The position numbers and the translations under genes are program-made. DNA of 64,000 nucleotides, from NCBI RefSeq assembly GCF_009834535.1, contig NC_045697.1:28770001-28834000 (forward strand), given 5' to 3'. Below the pieces are notes generated by a model. That model searched no databases. It was not told the origin of the DNA and saw only the letters and a program-made list of their open reading frames with translations. Within the stretch, counting starts at the first letter, position 1; every line of letters starts with the position of its first letter. Positions 48,349 through 62,265 of this stretch are shown one piece after another. This DNA comes from Camelus ferus. Taxonomy: Eukaryota.

Positions 48349-48967
48349 TGATACAGGAAAATAAGTGGGGTGTGAGAGGATGGCCATGTCCCAGGTCTTA
48401 GATGGGGACCTGCCAAGTGAGGGTCCCTGGCTTTGAGCAGGAAAGGATTCAAGTGCAAGCCATAGTTGAGTAAAAGTAGATTTATTTAGAGAGGTGCACA
48501 CTCCATAGACAGAGTGCAGGCCATCTCAGAAGGTAAGAGAAAGGCCAAGAGGTGCGGGGTTGGGTGTTTCAAGTGAAAGTAGATACACATTCCATAGACA
48601 GAGTGCAGGCCATCTTGGAAGGTGAAGGAGCAAGAGAGGCCTGAGGTGCAGTGTTGCTAGTTCTTATATGCTACCAAGTATGAGGATTATCCTAACTACT
48701 TTGGGGAAGAGGGTGGGGAGTCCCAGGAACTGGGCCACCACCCTCTTTTTGACCTTTTATGTTAGCCTCTGGTGTCATGGCACATGTGGGGGTGTCATTT
48801 ATCATGTTAATATATTACAATGTGTATAATGAAGGTCCACTGGAGGTGGAATCTCCCACCATCTTGGGCCTCCAGGTCTACTGGGAGTTGAACCTTCCAC
48901 CATCTTGGTGCTAATTGCTGTATCATTCCTTCAAAGGCTATACTCTGCCCTCTTCCCTCCTGTCTCA
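48349..48967 (-). mobile_element. ERV1-type solo LTR, copy 3 (more diverged)
   Basis: TGATACAGGAAAAT...CTTCCCTCCTGTCTCA; shares CAGGAAAG(A/G)ATTCAAGTG and GTTGAGTAAA..GATTTATTT with copies 1 and 2. Confidence 0.85.
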
Positions 48968-49889
48968 AAGGGAAAGAGAGTTTTAAGAAATTTTTGAAAA
49001 TATGCTTATTGAGGAGAACGCAGCCTAATAACAAGTTGATAATTAAACACATTGAATTTGAAGTTGCTATGAAACATTCAAGTGAAAATTGGTTAAAGGG
49101 TATTTGGATATATAATCTTGGTGCCCACTGGAAATACCTGAATTGCAGTTCTAGATTTTAGAGTCATTTTTATAGAGATGGTAATTAAAAATCATTAGCT
49201 ATATTTAGAGTATTCAGACAGTAAGAATGGAAGAGGATGCTGAAAGAATCATGGAAGCATCAATGTTTAAGGGACAAGAAAAGGAACTTGTAAAGAACAA
49301 GGAGTAGCCAAAGAGGTAGCAGGAAAACTAGGAGAGTCCATACTATACTTGTCAAGGGATGAGAGAGTGCAAAGTATATAAAAATTTTTTTTGAGAAGTC
49401 AAGCAAAGCAAATAATTGCCTGTTGATTATTAGAACACACTGATTAGAAGTGATTGTAGTAAGAGGAGTTTCTGGGGAGATGTGGCAATGGAAGTCAGAG
49501 GCAGTGAGTTCAAGAGTGAAGATAAGAGGAGAAATGAAAACAGTGAGTATAGAAATATTCAAGTGCTTTCAGAACTAGGAACATAGTGGAAGGAGACTGT
49601 AGGATAAGAAATAGTGTTTTTCATAGGGGAGAAGGTTGAGGTGTTTAAATGCTGATGAGAAGGCAGTAAGAAGGTATTAAAAATACAAGGGAACAGAATA
49701 TGGATTAGATGCTGTAAGACTGAAGACAAAAAACTACATACACACACACAAATGCTAATGTTATCATAGCAATTTTTCACAATAATTGAAGAACATGATA
49801 AATTTTAGTAAGAGAAAAGTGAAAATAAAGATGTAAATTTTTTCTCATACAACCCCCAACAAACAACAACAACATCAACAAAACTACAC

Positions 49890-50930
49890 AAAACCCACAC
49901 ACCTATGGTCAATTATTTGACAAAGGAAGCAAGAACATACAATGGAGAAAAGACAGTCTTTTGGCAAGTGGTGTTGGGAAAGCTGGACAGCTGCATGTCA
50001 GTGAAGTTAGAACACTCCCTCACATCATACACAAAAATAAACTCGAAGTGGTTTAAATATTTAAACATAAGACAGGACACCATAAATCTCCTAGAAGAGA
50101 ATATAGGCAAAACATTCTCTGACATAAATCATAGCAATGTTCTCCAAGGGCAGTCTACCAAGGCAATAGAAATAAAAGCAAAAATTAAAAAATGGGACCT
50201 AATTAAACTTATAAGCTTTTGCATATCAAAGGAAACCAGAAACAAAAGGAAAAGACAACCTATGATGGACTGGAAGAAAATATTTGGAAATGATATGACT
50301 GACAAGGGCTTGACTTCCAGAATATACAAATATCTCATACAACTCAACAAACAAATAAACAAACAACCCTGTCAGAAATTGGGCCAAAGACCTAAAACAG
50401 ACATTTCTCCAATGAAGACATACGGATGGCCAATAGGCACATGAAAAGATGCTCAATATCACTAATTATAAGAGAAATGCAAATCAAAACTACAATGAGG
50501 TATCACCTCACGCTGGTCATTAAAAAGTCTACAAACGATAAATGCTGGAGAGGGTGTGAGAGAAAAGGGAACCCTCCAACACTGTTGGTGGGAATGTAAA
50601 TTGATACAGCCATTGTGGAAAACAATACGAAGATTCCTTAAGGGGGACATATAGCTCAATGGTAGAGCGTGTGCCTAGTATGTACAAAGTCCTGGGTTCA
50701 ATCCCTGGTACCTCCATTAAATAAATAAATAAATAAACCTAATTACCTCTTCCCCACCCTTCAAAAAAATTCTTTAAAAAACTAGAACTAGAGTTACTAT
50801 ATGATCCTGCAATCCCACTCCTGGGCATATATCTGGAGGGAACTCTAATTCGAAAAGATACACACACCCCAATGTTCATAGCAACACTATTTACAATAGC
50901 CCAGACATGGAAGCAACCTAAATGTGACAG
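49890..50930 (+). mobile_element. LINE-1 ORF2 C-terminal region with inserted SINE
   Basis: ORF 49905-50444 ([34 protein letters not shown]) is L1 ORF2p-like. Confidence 0.92.
50642..50765 (+). mobile_element. Vic-1-like SINE with intact A and B boxes
   Basis: TAGCTCAATGGTAGAG...GGTTCAATCCC; degenerate TSD AA(G/A)ATTC(C/T)TTAA at 50630 and 50766. Confidence 0.9.
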
Positions 50931-51339
50931 ATTATCACAGTAAGTGACACTCTAGCTGGAATTTTGAGCTGCATTGATTTAATATGAGCCTGGGTAACTT
51001 TTTGCTTTCTATGTCTGCATATGTGGAATACTATTCCAAATAGCACAGGGACTCTGCAAAGTTAATTTGAAAAGATCTAAATCTTTAGAGAAGGAATGAA
51101 TTTCTGTGCTAAATCAAGCTTTCAATTTTTCAGTTGAATTCCTATGATGATGGTTTTAGAGTCCCTTCCTTCTTGGATCCTCATTCATTCCTACATGCAT
51201 TCACCCACTTTCCAAACAGCAATTGAGCATGTTCTGTGTATGTAGCACAACACTAAGTGTCATCAAAAAGCATTTCCAAGCTTCTTCTTCACTCACATGT
51301 TTTAGATAAACCAACTGTACCACTTTGTCATAAAGGGAG

Positions 51340-52820
51340 TGTGCAATGAACTGCCTGGACAATGAACAAAAAAACTACACAAATACTGCATTCCACTTAG
51401 TAAATCTGTTTCTCATATTTCTCAGGAGTTAGCATTCTCTATGTGTATTACTTTATGTGTATACTAGGATTGAAGAAATGAGTGAATATATTGCAGATAA
51501 TGAGAGCCAGGTTTTCTTACTGTTGGAGAAATAAGTTACAAGTCAAGGAAAAGAAAAGGCTAGAATAAACCTTGTAGTGTTGAATTGGAATCAATGGTGT
51601 CAGAATAAACTCAGTTTTATATGTGTATGTGTGGGTGCATGAATGCATTAATATGCATACATGTGATTCCTTAGCTCTGTTCACTAAGAGGGCCTAGGAG
51701 CAATGATACCCCAGTAGCAAAGAGCACATCTAGCACCCAGATAAGTTCCTAATAACATTCTTTAGTAAAAGGAACCAGGGGATCCTTGGAGAAGTGTTGA
51801 TTCCAGGGCTGGGGCAGGATGAGCCTGGAACATCTTGTGGTACCAGAAAATAAGGGAATGCTTAAAAAAGGAAGTGGACATATCAAAAGGACACAGAAAC
51901 TAGCTCGAAGGAGCTTCCAATGACCAAAGTTGAACAATCTGAGAAACAAAATAAATAATGATAATACTGAATTATAAACCATAGAATAAAATATATACCC
52001 ATGAGTCCATATTGACATCAATATAATTAAACAAGTAAATTAGAGAGAAGGAACAGCTATTCCTCACAGAAAATTTCCAGGTAATAGGTGTAGAATGAAA
52101 GAGGCAAATACACCATCTCTGTTAGGCAAATACAATAGTAATAATTGTTGCAGGCAAGATCCACTGATGGATGGTAAAACCAGTGAGTGAAAGTTTGAAG
52201 AAAAACAAGATTTTTGCATAGTCTCAAAGTAACTCCCTCAAGATATTTATTAATACAAAGGGAAAATAATACTAATTATACCTCCTGGTAGATATCAGCT
52301 TAACCAAGTGATCAAGATTAGTACCACCAGTAATAAGACGTACTGATACTGGGTATCCTCCCATACGATGCATTGAGAACATAGTACCACCTTTGCGGTA
52401 TTTTTTTTTTAAATTAGAAAATATCAGAGAAACCACATTGAGAGAGAGCCTACAAAATGACTACCAATAATTCATCAAAAGTGTTCAGGTAACGAAAGAC
52501 CGAGGAAAGGAAAGACCGAGGAACTGTCATAGTTTGGAGGAGACTAAGGAGACACAATTAACTGCAGTGTGGGATTCTGGATTGGACCCTGGGACAGAAA
52601 AGGACACTAAGGGAAAACCTGGTAAAGTGTGAATAAGGTCTATAGTTTAGTTAATAGTACTGTAGCAATGTTAATGTCTGGATTTTGATCCTTGTACTAT
52701 GGTTATTCAAGTCGTTGATGTTGGAGGAAGCTTGTGGGAAGGGTATACACAAACTCTGTACTATTTTTGTAACTTTTCTGAAAATCTAAAACTATTTCAA
52801 AACAAAAAGGTAAAAATAAT
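51340..52820 (+). mobile_element. L1MC-type long 3'UTR
   Basis: AAAGGAACCAGGGGATCCTTGGAGAAG..GGATTCTGGATTGGACCCTGG..TTGTAACTTTTCTGAAAATCTAAAACTATTTCAAAA. Confidence 0.75.
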
Positions 52821-54412
52821 AAAGGTGAGGGTGGGATCCAGAGCACAGGGAGAAAAAGTAGGCTTAGTTAAAAAGAAGTGGGGCTGTGCTGCTCCCATGG
52901 AACCAAGAGGGCTGGCAGAAAGCACGAGTGGCAATGCAGGCAGGTTCATGGGCCTGTTGACAGGAAGGGGATGGAGTTCTTCAAGGGAAGACCACAGCTG
53001 CACCCTTAATGCCCTTCTCAGGTCCTGCCATAGAGTAAGGACTCAATAAAAGTCTAATGAGCTGAACAGGCTTGGGTTTCAGTCATGCATAGTGATTATA
53101 TCATGATTTTCAGATATGACTTTAGGAAAGTTACTTACTCTTTCTGTGCCTCCATTTCCTGTGGAAATAGGGATAATCTTTCCAGTCATTGAGTTGGAAA
53201 CTAATATATATTCACCAAAATCTGTTTCCTTTTCTTCCTGGGCACACAGCTAGATAATGCTTTGCAGCTTCCAATTATGTTAGGCACATACTGATCGGCA
53301 CATCACTGGCTCTCAATACATGTTTAATGAAAGAATATGACTATTGACATATTTATAAACTTTGTTGTGTCACCAGTTCTTCCTTATCTTGATCCAGGAT
53401 GACATCTTATCTGCCATGGAGGCGGTTAAGACCAAATGAAAATTTCCATTGGATGATTTGTTGTAAAGAATAGGATCTGTTTTATACAGAACTAACATAA
53501 TTCCTTTTTCCCTAATTATGAGCCATGGGTAGAAGTCATGTATTCTTAATCCCCTAACATGGATAGACCTGGAAGAAAACAACAATTGTGGAAAAATTTT
53601 GCCAGAGTGTTTCTTCCCTCCCTGCCCCTTCCCCCATCTAACTTAAAGATACACTATTATTAAAAGCAGTGTGAACACAGAGGGATATGTTGTGGTTAAA
53701 GAATGGGAAAATTAAACTGCAGCTAAGAAAAACTTGCTGAATACTGAGGTGGGGTCTTCTAGGGATGTAGTACCCTACTTAGATTAAGCCATCAATGATT
53801 CATATTTTGAACCTTGACTTCTCTGGCTCAGTAACATGGTAGAGTCAGTTAAATGAATGAGTTAAACAAATTCATGAATTCTCATGCCAGCCAATTTCTT
53901 ATGAGAATAATACGTAAACCAGGATGCTAATTTGCTAATTTAAAATGATAAATGTAACCAGAGAGCATGTTGTATGTCTTATTATCTGCATGGTGCACTC
54001 TTTCTTGGTAGGAAAATTTGGGAAGCCATATAGCTATAATCAGGAAATTTTCTGGTAAACAGGAATCTGGAGCAAGAAGAGTTAGATGGGTAATCTTAAA
54101 GGCCAGGATTATCAAATTATGATAACTGAATGCAACCATTCCAGTAGTAAGGACAGGCTTGCTAAGAGAGGGTTACTTTTTCTCTACTGATACTTTCTTT
54201 TATGTGGATTGAGCCAGAATGGTATAACTCTAAGCTTCTCCATATCCCTTTACCCAGCCAAGAGAAGAGAAAGTGATATCTGACTGGTAGATTCAGAAAG
54301 AATGATCCAGGCATGGTTGCCTCATTTCCTCTCTTCTCTCATGAGAGTAAAGCTGCTCAGAGAGTACACACTTGTTCCAGGATTTAAGACATACTTAGTT
54401 CAGTCTATAGCC

Positions 54413-54705
54413 CAGGGCTAATTTCTCCATTAGGCACAGTGGGTACAGTGTCTAGGGGGCAGGATACTTTTCAGAGGCCCTGAAAATGTCTTAATTTAAA
54501 ATGAGAAGAAAAAAAAAAAACCATGCAGGCCAAAGAAAATATATAGTACTAATATATTTTTAATAATGTTTTAATATATAGTACTAATATATTTTTATTT
54601 ATATCAGTGAAGTCATAAAATATAACTTTAAATATGTTTTAGGAAGGAAGGGAACCATAAAAGCAGAAGTGCCTATGGCTCCGCGCAAGACCCAGTGTGA
54701 CTCTG
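54413..54705. mobile_element. hAT MITE (MER53-like)
   Basis: CAGGGCTAATTTCTCCATTAGGCACAGTGGGTACAGTGTCTAGGG ... AAGTGCCTATGG. Confidence 0.55.
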
Positions 54706-55599
54706 TGCTGCCTGTGGAACAGGGTGAGGGTTTCAGGTGACAGATCAGTTTGGTTCTCATGTGCCACATACTTCAGTTGGTCCTTATCAGTTAGTGGTGA
54801 TATTTGATCCATCATTTATCTTACACTTGCCCTTTATTCTCAGTTTAGACAGAGAAGAGCAATGTTATTTACTAGGCTGTCTCAAGACCCCAGAATAAGT
54901 CACAGGAATATATATTTACTGAATTGAACTGAAGGAGATTGGAAAATTTGTGTACTGAGCAGGGCTGCCCTGATCAAGGCTGGTCAATCTCTGACAAATT
55001 ACTATTATTCAACTTCCCTTTTCTGGGTTCCATGCAGATCAAATCCTTCTATATTTTGGAATTAGCCAAAAGAAAAATGAGGAAACACACTGACATCATC
55101 CTACAAATCATCCTGGTTTGGAACAGGTTTTTTTTAGCAGTCCATCAAAGCAAACAGTGAGAAATTCCTATGCCTTACCATGAACAAATACCCAATGCAG
55201 GACATATTTTGAAACACTCACATACATCTACTTGGGACCCGAAGGAAAATCTGGAACTGTTTTACATATTTTAGGACTGTTTTACATATTAAAAGATCAC
55301 TTATTTTTAGGTAATATTACATTTACAGAGCAAGCTAGAATGACAATAATTTTCTAGGAAAATTTCTAGGAAATTTTTTTGGAAAATATTCTAATTTTGT
55401 TTTCCTTATGTAGTTTACTTGACTAAAACTGGATATCTCTGTGTTTTAGTTTTAAAGCAGTTTTGATTCTCAGAATGATTGAAGTTTTTAGTTAACTTCA
55501 ATCACTGGTGATAGAACTAAAGCATTATTATTTATGAAGGAATCAAAATGAGTTGGAAAAAATATATAATGCTTTCAGTTCACTTAGAGAATAAACTAA

Positions 55600-55840
55600 T
55601 ATTTATCAAGTAACTGATGTATATCAAGCATTTACTTAGCTATTTTCATCCATATTGCCTCATTTAATCCTGACAGTGGTCCTCTAAGGTTAGCATCCTT
55701 ATCCTCACTTTACAATTGGGGAAACCGAGGCAGGGAGCATTTGATTACCTTTGCAGAGATCATACATTAACGACATGGCAGAATTAAAAATGGGACCCAA
55801 GTTTAAAAGCCCGTATTATTTTCCATGTTACCATCCTACT
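55600..55840 (-). mobile_element. MIR SINE
   Basis: CTCATTTAATCCTGACAG..CACTTTACAATTGGGGAAACCGAGGCA. Confidence 0.7.
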
Positions 55841-56994
55841 CCTCTTAATGAAAAGAACAATGATGATGCTTTGTATCTACATATCTTATCTCGGAAAAAT
55901 TACAACAAAACTCCTTAAGGACAGGAACCATCTTACACTTTTACAATATCCTTAATAAGTTCTCAAGAGATATTGATTGCATGAAGAAGAATAGCTCCTT
56001 GTACTTAAATAACGGTACTTAATTTTTCAATGGGATTTCAATGACAGAAACAAACTGTGCTCTTCTACATGTTAGTATTTATATGTAATTATTCTGACAT
56101 TTTACATTGGACATAATTTCATCATCCTGTTTAAATTCACCTAATATAAAAGGTATATAAACACATACGAAGCTTCTGTGCTGCAAGCCCTGGAATGTGC
56201 TCTTTGATACCATGCTCATAAACTACATTTAAACTCATTTGCAGGCTGCTTAACTCCAGGAGTTGCTCTACAAATGCTATTCTGGGCCTTCTAAGAATTT
56301 CCCTAACATTTCCTATCTTTTCAATATGAGGAAGAATGATATGAAATAAATGGTAAAATCATAGTTCTATTTATAGATTTGAAAACATGAACAAAGTAAT
56401 GGACCCTGCTTTCTTGGAAACTCATATTTGAATATGCTCAAATAATTATCACCCAAGGTCTCTTCATCCTGATCCCTAATGCCTTTCTTATCAAACTACA
56501 AACCATCCCAAACCAAACTAATAAAAAAGGTCCCATAATCCTCAAACTCCATCCTAATTAGCAAAATTCAAGAATTTGTCTTTTAGGCAGGCCACCACCA
56601 AATACTAGTTGAGAAATCTCAGTTCTCAGGCAGGGAATGAGAGGAAAGTCTAGCAGGTGGGAAGTGCTACTTGGCCCCAGGCCCAGCTTATATTTTCCAT
56701 CAGCAAACACCACCTTAACTTAGGGTGAATGTCTTTCAAAATGCCCTTGAACTTGCTCACTTATCCTCTCTCAACTTGAGAGATTAAAAAAAAAAAAAGT
56801 ACACATTTTGAGAACCCAAATGGATTTTATTATAAAGAACTTCACATTTCATTTTAACAAGCATTCATATAAAACCTACTATAATAATTACACTCTTTTG
56901 GATACCACAATCAGAAAACAACTCAAGTTAGCTTAGGCCCAAAAAGGAGGGATTTATTATAAGCAGATAGGAATGTTTTTACAAAGCTGGAGGT

Positions 56995-58915
56995 ACCAGA
57001 CTCCCTGATTTAAAACAGTACAACAAAGCTACAGTAATGAAAACTGTATACTGGCACAAAAACAGACACACAGAGCAATGTAACAGAATAGAGAGCCCAG
57101 AAACAAGCCCACGTTTAGATGGTCAGTCTGCTCAAAGGAGGCAAGAATATACAGTGGAGAAAAGACAGCCTCTTCAGTGAATGGTGTTGGGAAAACTGGA
57201 CAGCTACATTCAAACGAATCAAACTGGACTACTTTCTCATACCATATACCAAATAAACTCATAATCTATTAAAGACAAATGTTAAGACCTGAAACCATAA
57301 AACTGCCAGAAGAAAACATAGGCAGTATGCTCTTTGACATCAGTCTTAGCAATATTTTTTGGATTTGTCTCCTCAGGCAAGGGAAACCAAAGCAAAAATA
57401 AACAAATGGGACTACCTCAAACTAAAAAAACTTTTGCACAGTGAAGGCAACTATCAACAAAATGAAAAGGCCACCTACCTAATGGGAGAAGATATTTGCA
57501 AATAACATACCTGATAACAGGTTAATATCCAAAATATAAAAAGAACTCACACAATTCAACATCAAAGAAACCAAAGAACCAAATTAAAAATGGGCAGAGG
57601 ACCTGAATAGACATTTCTCCAAAGAGGACATGCAGATGGCCAACAGGCATATGAAAAGATGTTTAACATCACTAATCATCAGGGAAATGCAATTCAAAAC
57701 TACAATGAGATACCACCTCACTCCTGTCAAATGGCTATTATCAAAAAGACAACAAATAACAAGTGTTGGCAAGAATGTGAAGAAAAGGGAAACTTCATAC
57801 ACTATTGGTGGGAACGTAAATTGGTGCAGCCACTATGGAAAACAGGATGGAGATTCCTCAAAATATTAAAAATAAAACTACTATATGATCCAGCAATTCC
57901 ACTTCTGGATATTTTTTTCAAAGAAATAAAAACCACTAATTCAAAAAGATATATGGACCCCTATGTTTATTTCAGCATTATTCACAATAGCCAAGATATG
58001 GAAGCAACCTAAGTGCCATTGACAGATATTCGAATAGATAAGCAAGACGTGGTGTATATATACAATGGAATGTTACTCAACCATAGAGAAGAATGAAACC
58101 TTGTCATTTTCTACAACATGGATGGACCTAGAGGGTATTATGCTAAGTTCAGTAAGTTAGACAGAAAAAGACAAATACCATCTGACTTCAGTTATATATA
58201 GAATCTAAAAAACAAAACAAATGAACAAACACAACAAAACAGAAACAGAGTCATAGACACAGAGGACAACTCGGTGGTTGCTTGAGGGGAAGAGGATGGG
58301 AGATGAGTGAAACAGGTGAGGGAGACTAAGAAGTACAAACTTTCAGGTACAAAATAAACAAGTCACAGGGATAAAATGTACAGGGTGGGAAATATAGTCA
58401 ATAATAATGTAATATCTTTGTATGGTGACAGATGGTAGCTAGACTGCTTGTGGTGATCATTTTGTAATGTATAGAAGTATCGAATCACTATGTTATGCAC
58501 CAGGAATTAACAATGTTACAGGTCAATTATACTTCAACAAACAAATTCATAGAAAAAGAGATCAGATTTGTGGTTACCAGATTCAGTGGGTGTGGGGAGG
58601 AAGACTTGGATGAAGATAGTCAAAAGTTATAAACTTTCAGTTGTAAAAGAAATACTAAGGATGTAATGTAGAACATGATTAATATAATTAACACTGCTGT
58701 ATGTTACCTATGAAAGTTGTTAAGAGAGCAAATCTTTAGACTTCTCATCACAAGGAAAACCATTTTTTCCTTTTTCTTTTATTTTTGTATCTATATGGGA
58801 TGATGACTGTTCGTTAAACTTGTGGTAATTATTTCATGATGCAAGTCAAGTCACGTTAAACTTATACAGTGCTATATGTCAATTATATCTCAATAAAACT
58901 GGAAGAAAAAAAAAG
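56995..58915 (+). mobile_element. LINE-1 3' ~1.9 kb, apparently inserted in an old MLT1 LTR
   Basis: ORF2 motifs ([39 protein letters not shown]), 3'UTR, AATAAA and A-tail at ~58892-58915. Confidence 0.92.
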
Positions 58916-59214
58916 AATATAAGACTGTTTTAAAGAAACCAAGGGGAGGAATGCAGCTGGGCCAAGGAAAGACTAAAACCAAATTGTTGAGAGCTCAGAC
59001 AATACTTTCTCTCCATCTCTCCAATCTTTCTTCTCTACTTATCTTCTCTCTAGGACAGCTTCCTTTGATCCTCAAACTTCATGCAGAATATAGTTGCTTC
59101 CAGTTCCTCAGTTAACCCTATACAGGCTCAGTTGCACAAAGAAAATGAATCTTTCTAAAATTCTAAATATTTTATTCTTATTTAAACAGGTTTTTTTCCT
59201 TAAATAACAGATTC

Positions 59215-59880
59215 TTTTTTTTTAACATTTTTTATTGATTTATAATCATTTTACAATGTTGTGTCAAATTCCAGTGTAGAGCAAATTTTTCAGTTATACA
59301 TGAACATATATATATTCATTGTCACATTTTTTCTCTGTGAGCTAACATAAGATCTTGTGTATATTTCCCTGTGCTATACAGTATAATCTTGTTTATCTAT
59401 TCTACAATTTTGAAATCCCGTCTATCCCTTCCCACCCTCCACCCCCTTGGCAACCACAAGTTTGTATTCTATGTCTATGAGTCTATTTCTGTTTTGTATT
59501 TATGCTTTGTTTTTTTGTTTTTGTTTTTTAGATTCCACATATAAGCGATCTCATATGGTATTTTTCTTTCTCTTTCTGTCTTACTTCATTTATAATGACA
59601 TTCTCCAGGAGCATCCATGTTGCTGCAAATGGCATTATGTTGTTGGTTTTTACGGCTGAATAGTATTCCATGGTATAAATATACCACAACTTCTTTATCT
59701 AGTCATCCGTTGATGGACATTTAGGCTGTTTCCATGTCTTGGCTATTGTAAATAGTGCTTCTATAAACTTTGGGGTGTAGGTGTCATCCTGAAGTAGGGT
59801 TCCTTCTGAATATAAGCCCAGGAGCGGGATTCTGGGGTCATACGGTAAGTCTATTCCTAGTCTTGTGAGAAATCTCCATA
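59215..59880 (-). mobile_element. Young 5'-truncated LINE-1 with perfect TSD
   Basis: Poly-T then L1 3'UTR; CTTAAATAACAGATTCTTTT at 59199-59218 and 59881-59900. Confidence 0.93.
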
Positions 59881-59914
59881 CTTAAATAACAGATTCTTTT
59901 AAAAAAATTTAAAA

Positions 59915-60003
59915 AATTGTATTATTATTTTTAAAGGAGGTACTGGGGAAGGAACCCAGGATCTTATGCATGCTAAGCACGTGTTTTACCATTACCGTCC
60001 CCC
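59915..60003 (-). mobile_element. Vic-1-like SINE, diverged
   Basis: GGAGGTACTGGGGAAGGAACCCAGGATCTTATGCATGCTAAGCAC. Confidence 0.8.
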
Positions 60004-60639
60004 AAATAAATTCTTTTTGTTCAGAGAAGGTACTGTGAAAAGTCTCTCCAAGGCTCTTTCCCACTGGCTACTCAGTTCCCTTTCTCAAGTGCAACCAATG
60101 GTACCAATTTGTTCCATCTTCTTCCAGAGAAATTTTATGTATATGTGATAAAATCTATCTATCTATCTATCCTCTTCCCATTTTTTTTTTACACTAATGG
60201 CAGTATGCCATACATACATTTTCCCACTGAGCAATTTATTCTGGAGATCGTACAGTATCCAGCACTCAGAGTTTTTTCCTTGTGATGATATCATTTTTTT
60301 ATATATTACAGGATTCCAAATTTTGAAGTAACATACTATATTTAATCAGTTCCTTGTTGATAAACATTTAGGTTTTCCCCAATTTTTTGCCATTATAAAT
60401 AATGCTGCAATAAAACACCAGGATGTGTATATTAAAAACATATGGGCATATACAATTTTAAGAGTAATTTGTATTTCTTTTTCTGTGAGCAGTATTTTTT
60501 TATGCTTTGACCATTTTTTTTCTATTGGGTTGTTAGTCTTTTTCTTATTGATTTCTAGGTGTTTGTATATTAGGGGAACCAGACCTTTGTCTCTGATATG
60601 AATTCCAATTTTTTCTTATTTATCATTTGTCTTCTGAAT

Positions 60640-62265
60640 TTTTTTTAAATTGATGTATAGTCAGTTTACAATGTGTCATTTTCTGGTGTACAGCATAATG
60701 TTTCAGTCATACCTATATTCATTCTAATATTCTTTTTCATTATAGGTTACTACAAGATATTGGATATAGTTCCCTGTACTAAACAGAAGAAACTTGTTCT
60801 TTATCTATTTTATATATAGTAGTTATTATTTGCAAATCTCAAACTCCCAATTTAATTCTTCTCACCCCCTTTCCCCCCATTAACTGTAAGTTTGTTTACT
60901 ATGTCTATAAGTCTGTTTCTGTTTTGTAGATAAGTTCATTAGTCTTCTTTTTTCTTTTTTTAGATTCTACATATGAGTGGTATCATATAGTATTTTTCTT
61001 TCTCTTTCTGGCTTACTTCACTTAGAAATGACAATCTCCAGATCTATCCATGTTGCTCCAAATGGCATTAATTTATTCTTTTTTAAGGCTGAGTAGTATT
61101 CCATTGTATCTTTTGATTTTCCTAATAGTATTTTTTATTTTAATTTTTAATTTATTTATGTATTTATTTTACAATATCATATTTTAAAAAATTGAAGTAT
61201 AGTTGATGTATAATATATGTTATAGGTATACAATATAATGATTCACTATTTTTAAAAGTTAAATTCATTTATAGTTATTATAAAATATTGGGTATATTCC
61301 CCATGCTGTACAATACATCCTTGTAGCTTATTTTATACCTTATAGTTTGTACCTCTTAATCCTGTACCTCCGTCTTGCCCCTCCCTCTTCCCCTCCCCAC
61401 TGGTAACCACTAGTTGCTTCTCTACACCTGTAAGTCTGTTTCTTTTCTGTTATATTCACTAGTTTGTTGTATTTTTTAAGATTCCACATGTAAGTGATAT
61501 CTTAACATATTTGTTTTTCTTTGTATAACTTATTTCACTTAGGATAATGTCCTCTAAGCCCATCCATGCTGTACACCAGAAACTACTAAAACATTTTAAA
61601 TTAACTACTTCAATTAAAAAGCAAGCAAACAAACAACGCATTTAAAATATGGGCAGAAGAACTGAACAGATATTTTTCCAAAAGAGGAAATGCAGATTGT
61701 CAACAGGAACATGAAAAGTTGCTCAACATCACCAATATCAGGGAAGTGCAAATCAAAATCACAAGGAGATATCATCTCACACCTGTCAGAATGGCCATCA
61801 TCAAAAAGGACACAAATAACAAATGTTGGCAAGGATGTGGGGAAAAGGGGACCCCTGTACACTGTTGGTGTGAATGGAAATCGGTGCAGCCACTATGGAA
61901 AATAATATAGAGGTTTCTCAAAAACCTACAAATAGAACCGCTGTATGGCCCTGCAATTCCACTCTTAGGCATATATCTGAGAATTTTCAAAGAATATTTG
62001 TTGCTTTTCTCTTGCTGATTTTAATATTGTCCCCTTATCCTTAATTTTTGTCAATTTGATGACTATGTGCCTTGGTATGTTCCTCCTTGGGTTGATCCTG
62101 TGTGGAACTCTCTGTGCTTCCTGGACTTGGGTGACTGTTTCCTTTCCCAAGTTGGGGAAGTTTTCATTTATTATCTCTTCAAAAAATTTCTCAGGTTTTT
62201 TCTCTCTCTTCTCTTTCTGGGACCCCTATAATGGGAATATTAGTGTGCTTCATGTTGTCCTTATG
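60640..62265. mobile_element. Cluster of LINE-1 fragments in mixed orientation, including an ORF1 fragment (61990-62265, minus)
   Basis: Two minus 3' ends (60640-61110, 61190-61570), plus-strand pieces (61570-61985), and the ORF1p peptide QEAQRVPHRINPRRNIPRHIVIKLTKIKDK. Confidence 0.88.

Noticed and set aside
50642..50715. tRNA gene
   Set aside because: A and B boxes are present, but it has a SINE tail, a TSD and several diverged copies in the window.
52494..55385. Short local tandem duplications (52494, 54541, 55253, 55350) resembling spaced repeats
   Set aside because: Only two units each, consistent with ordinary slippage; no array or CRISPR-like structure.
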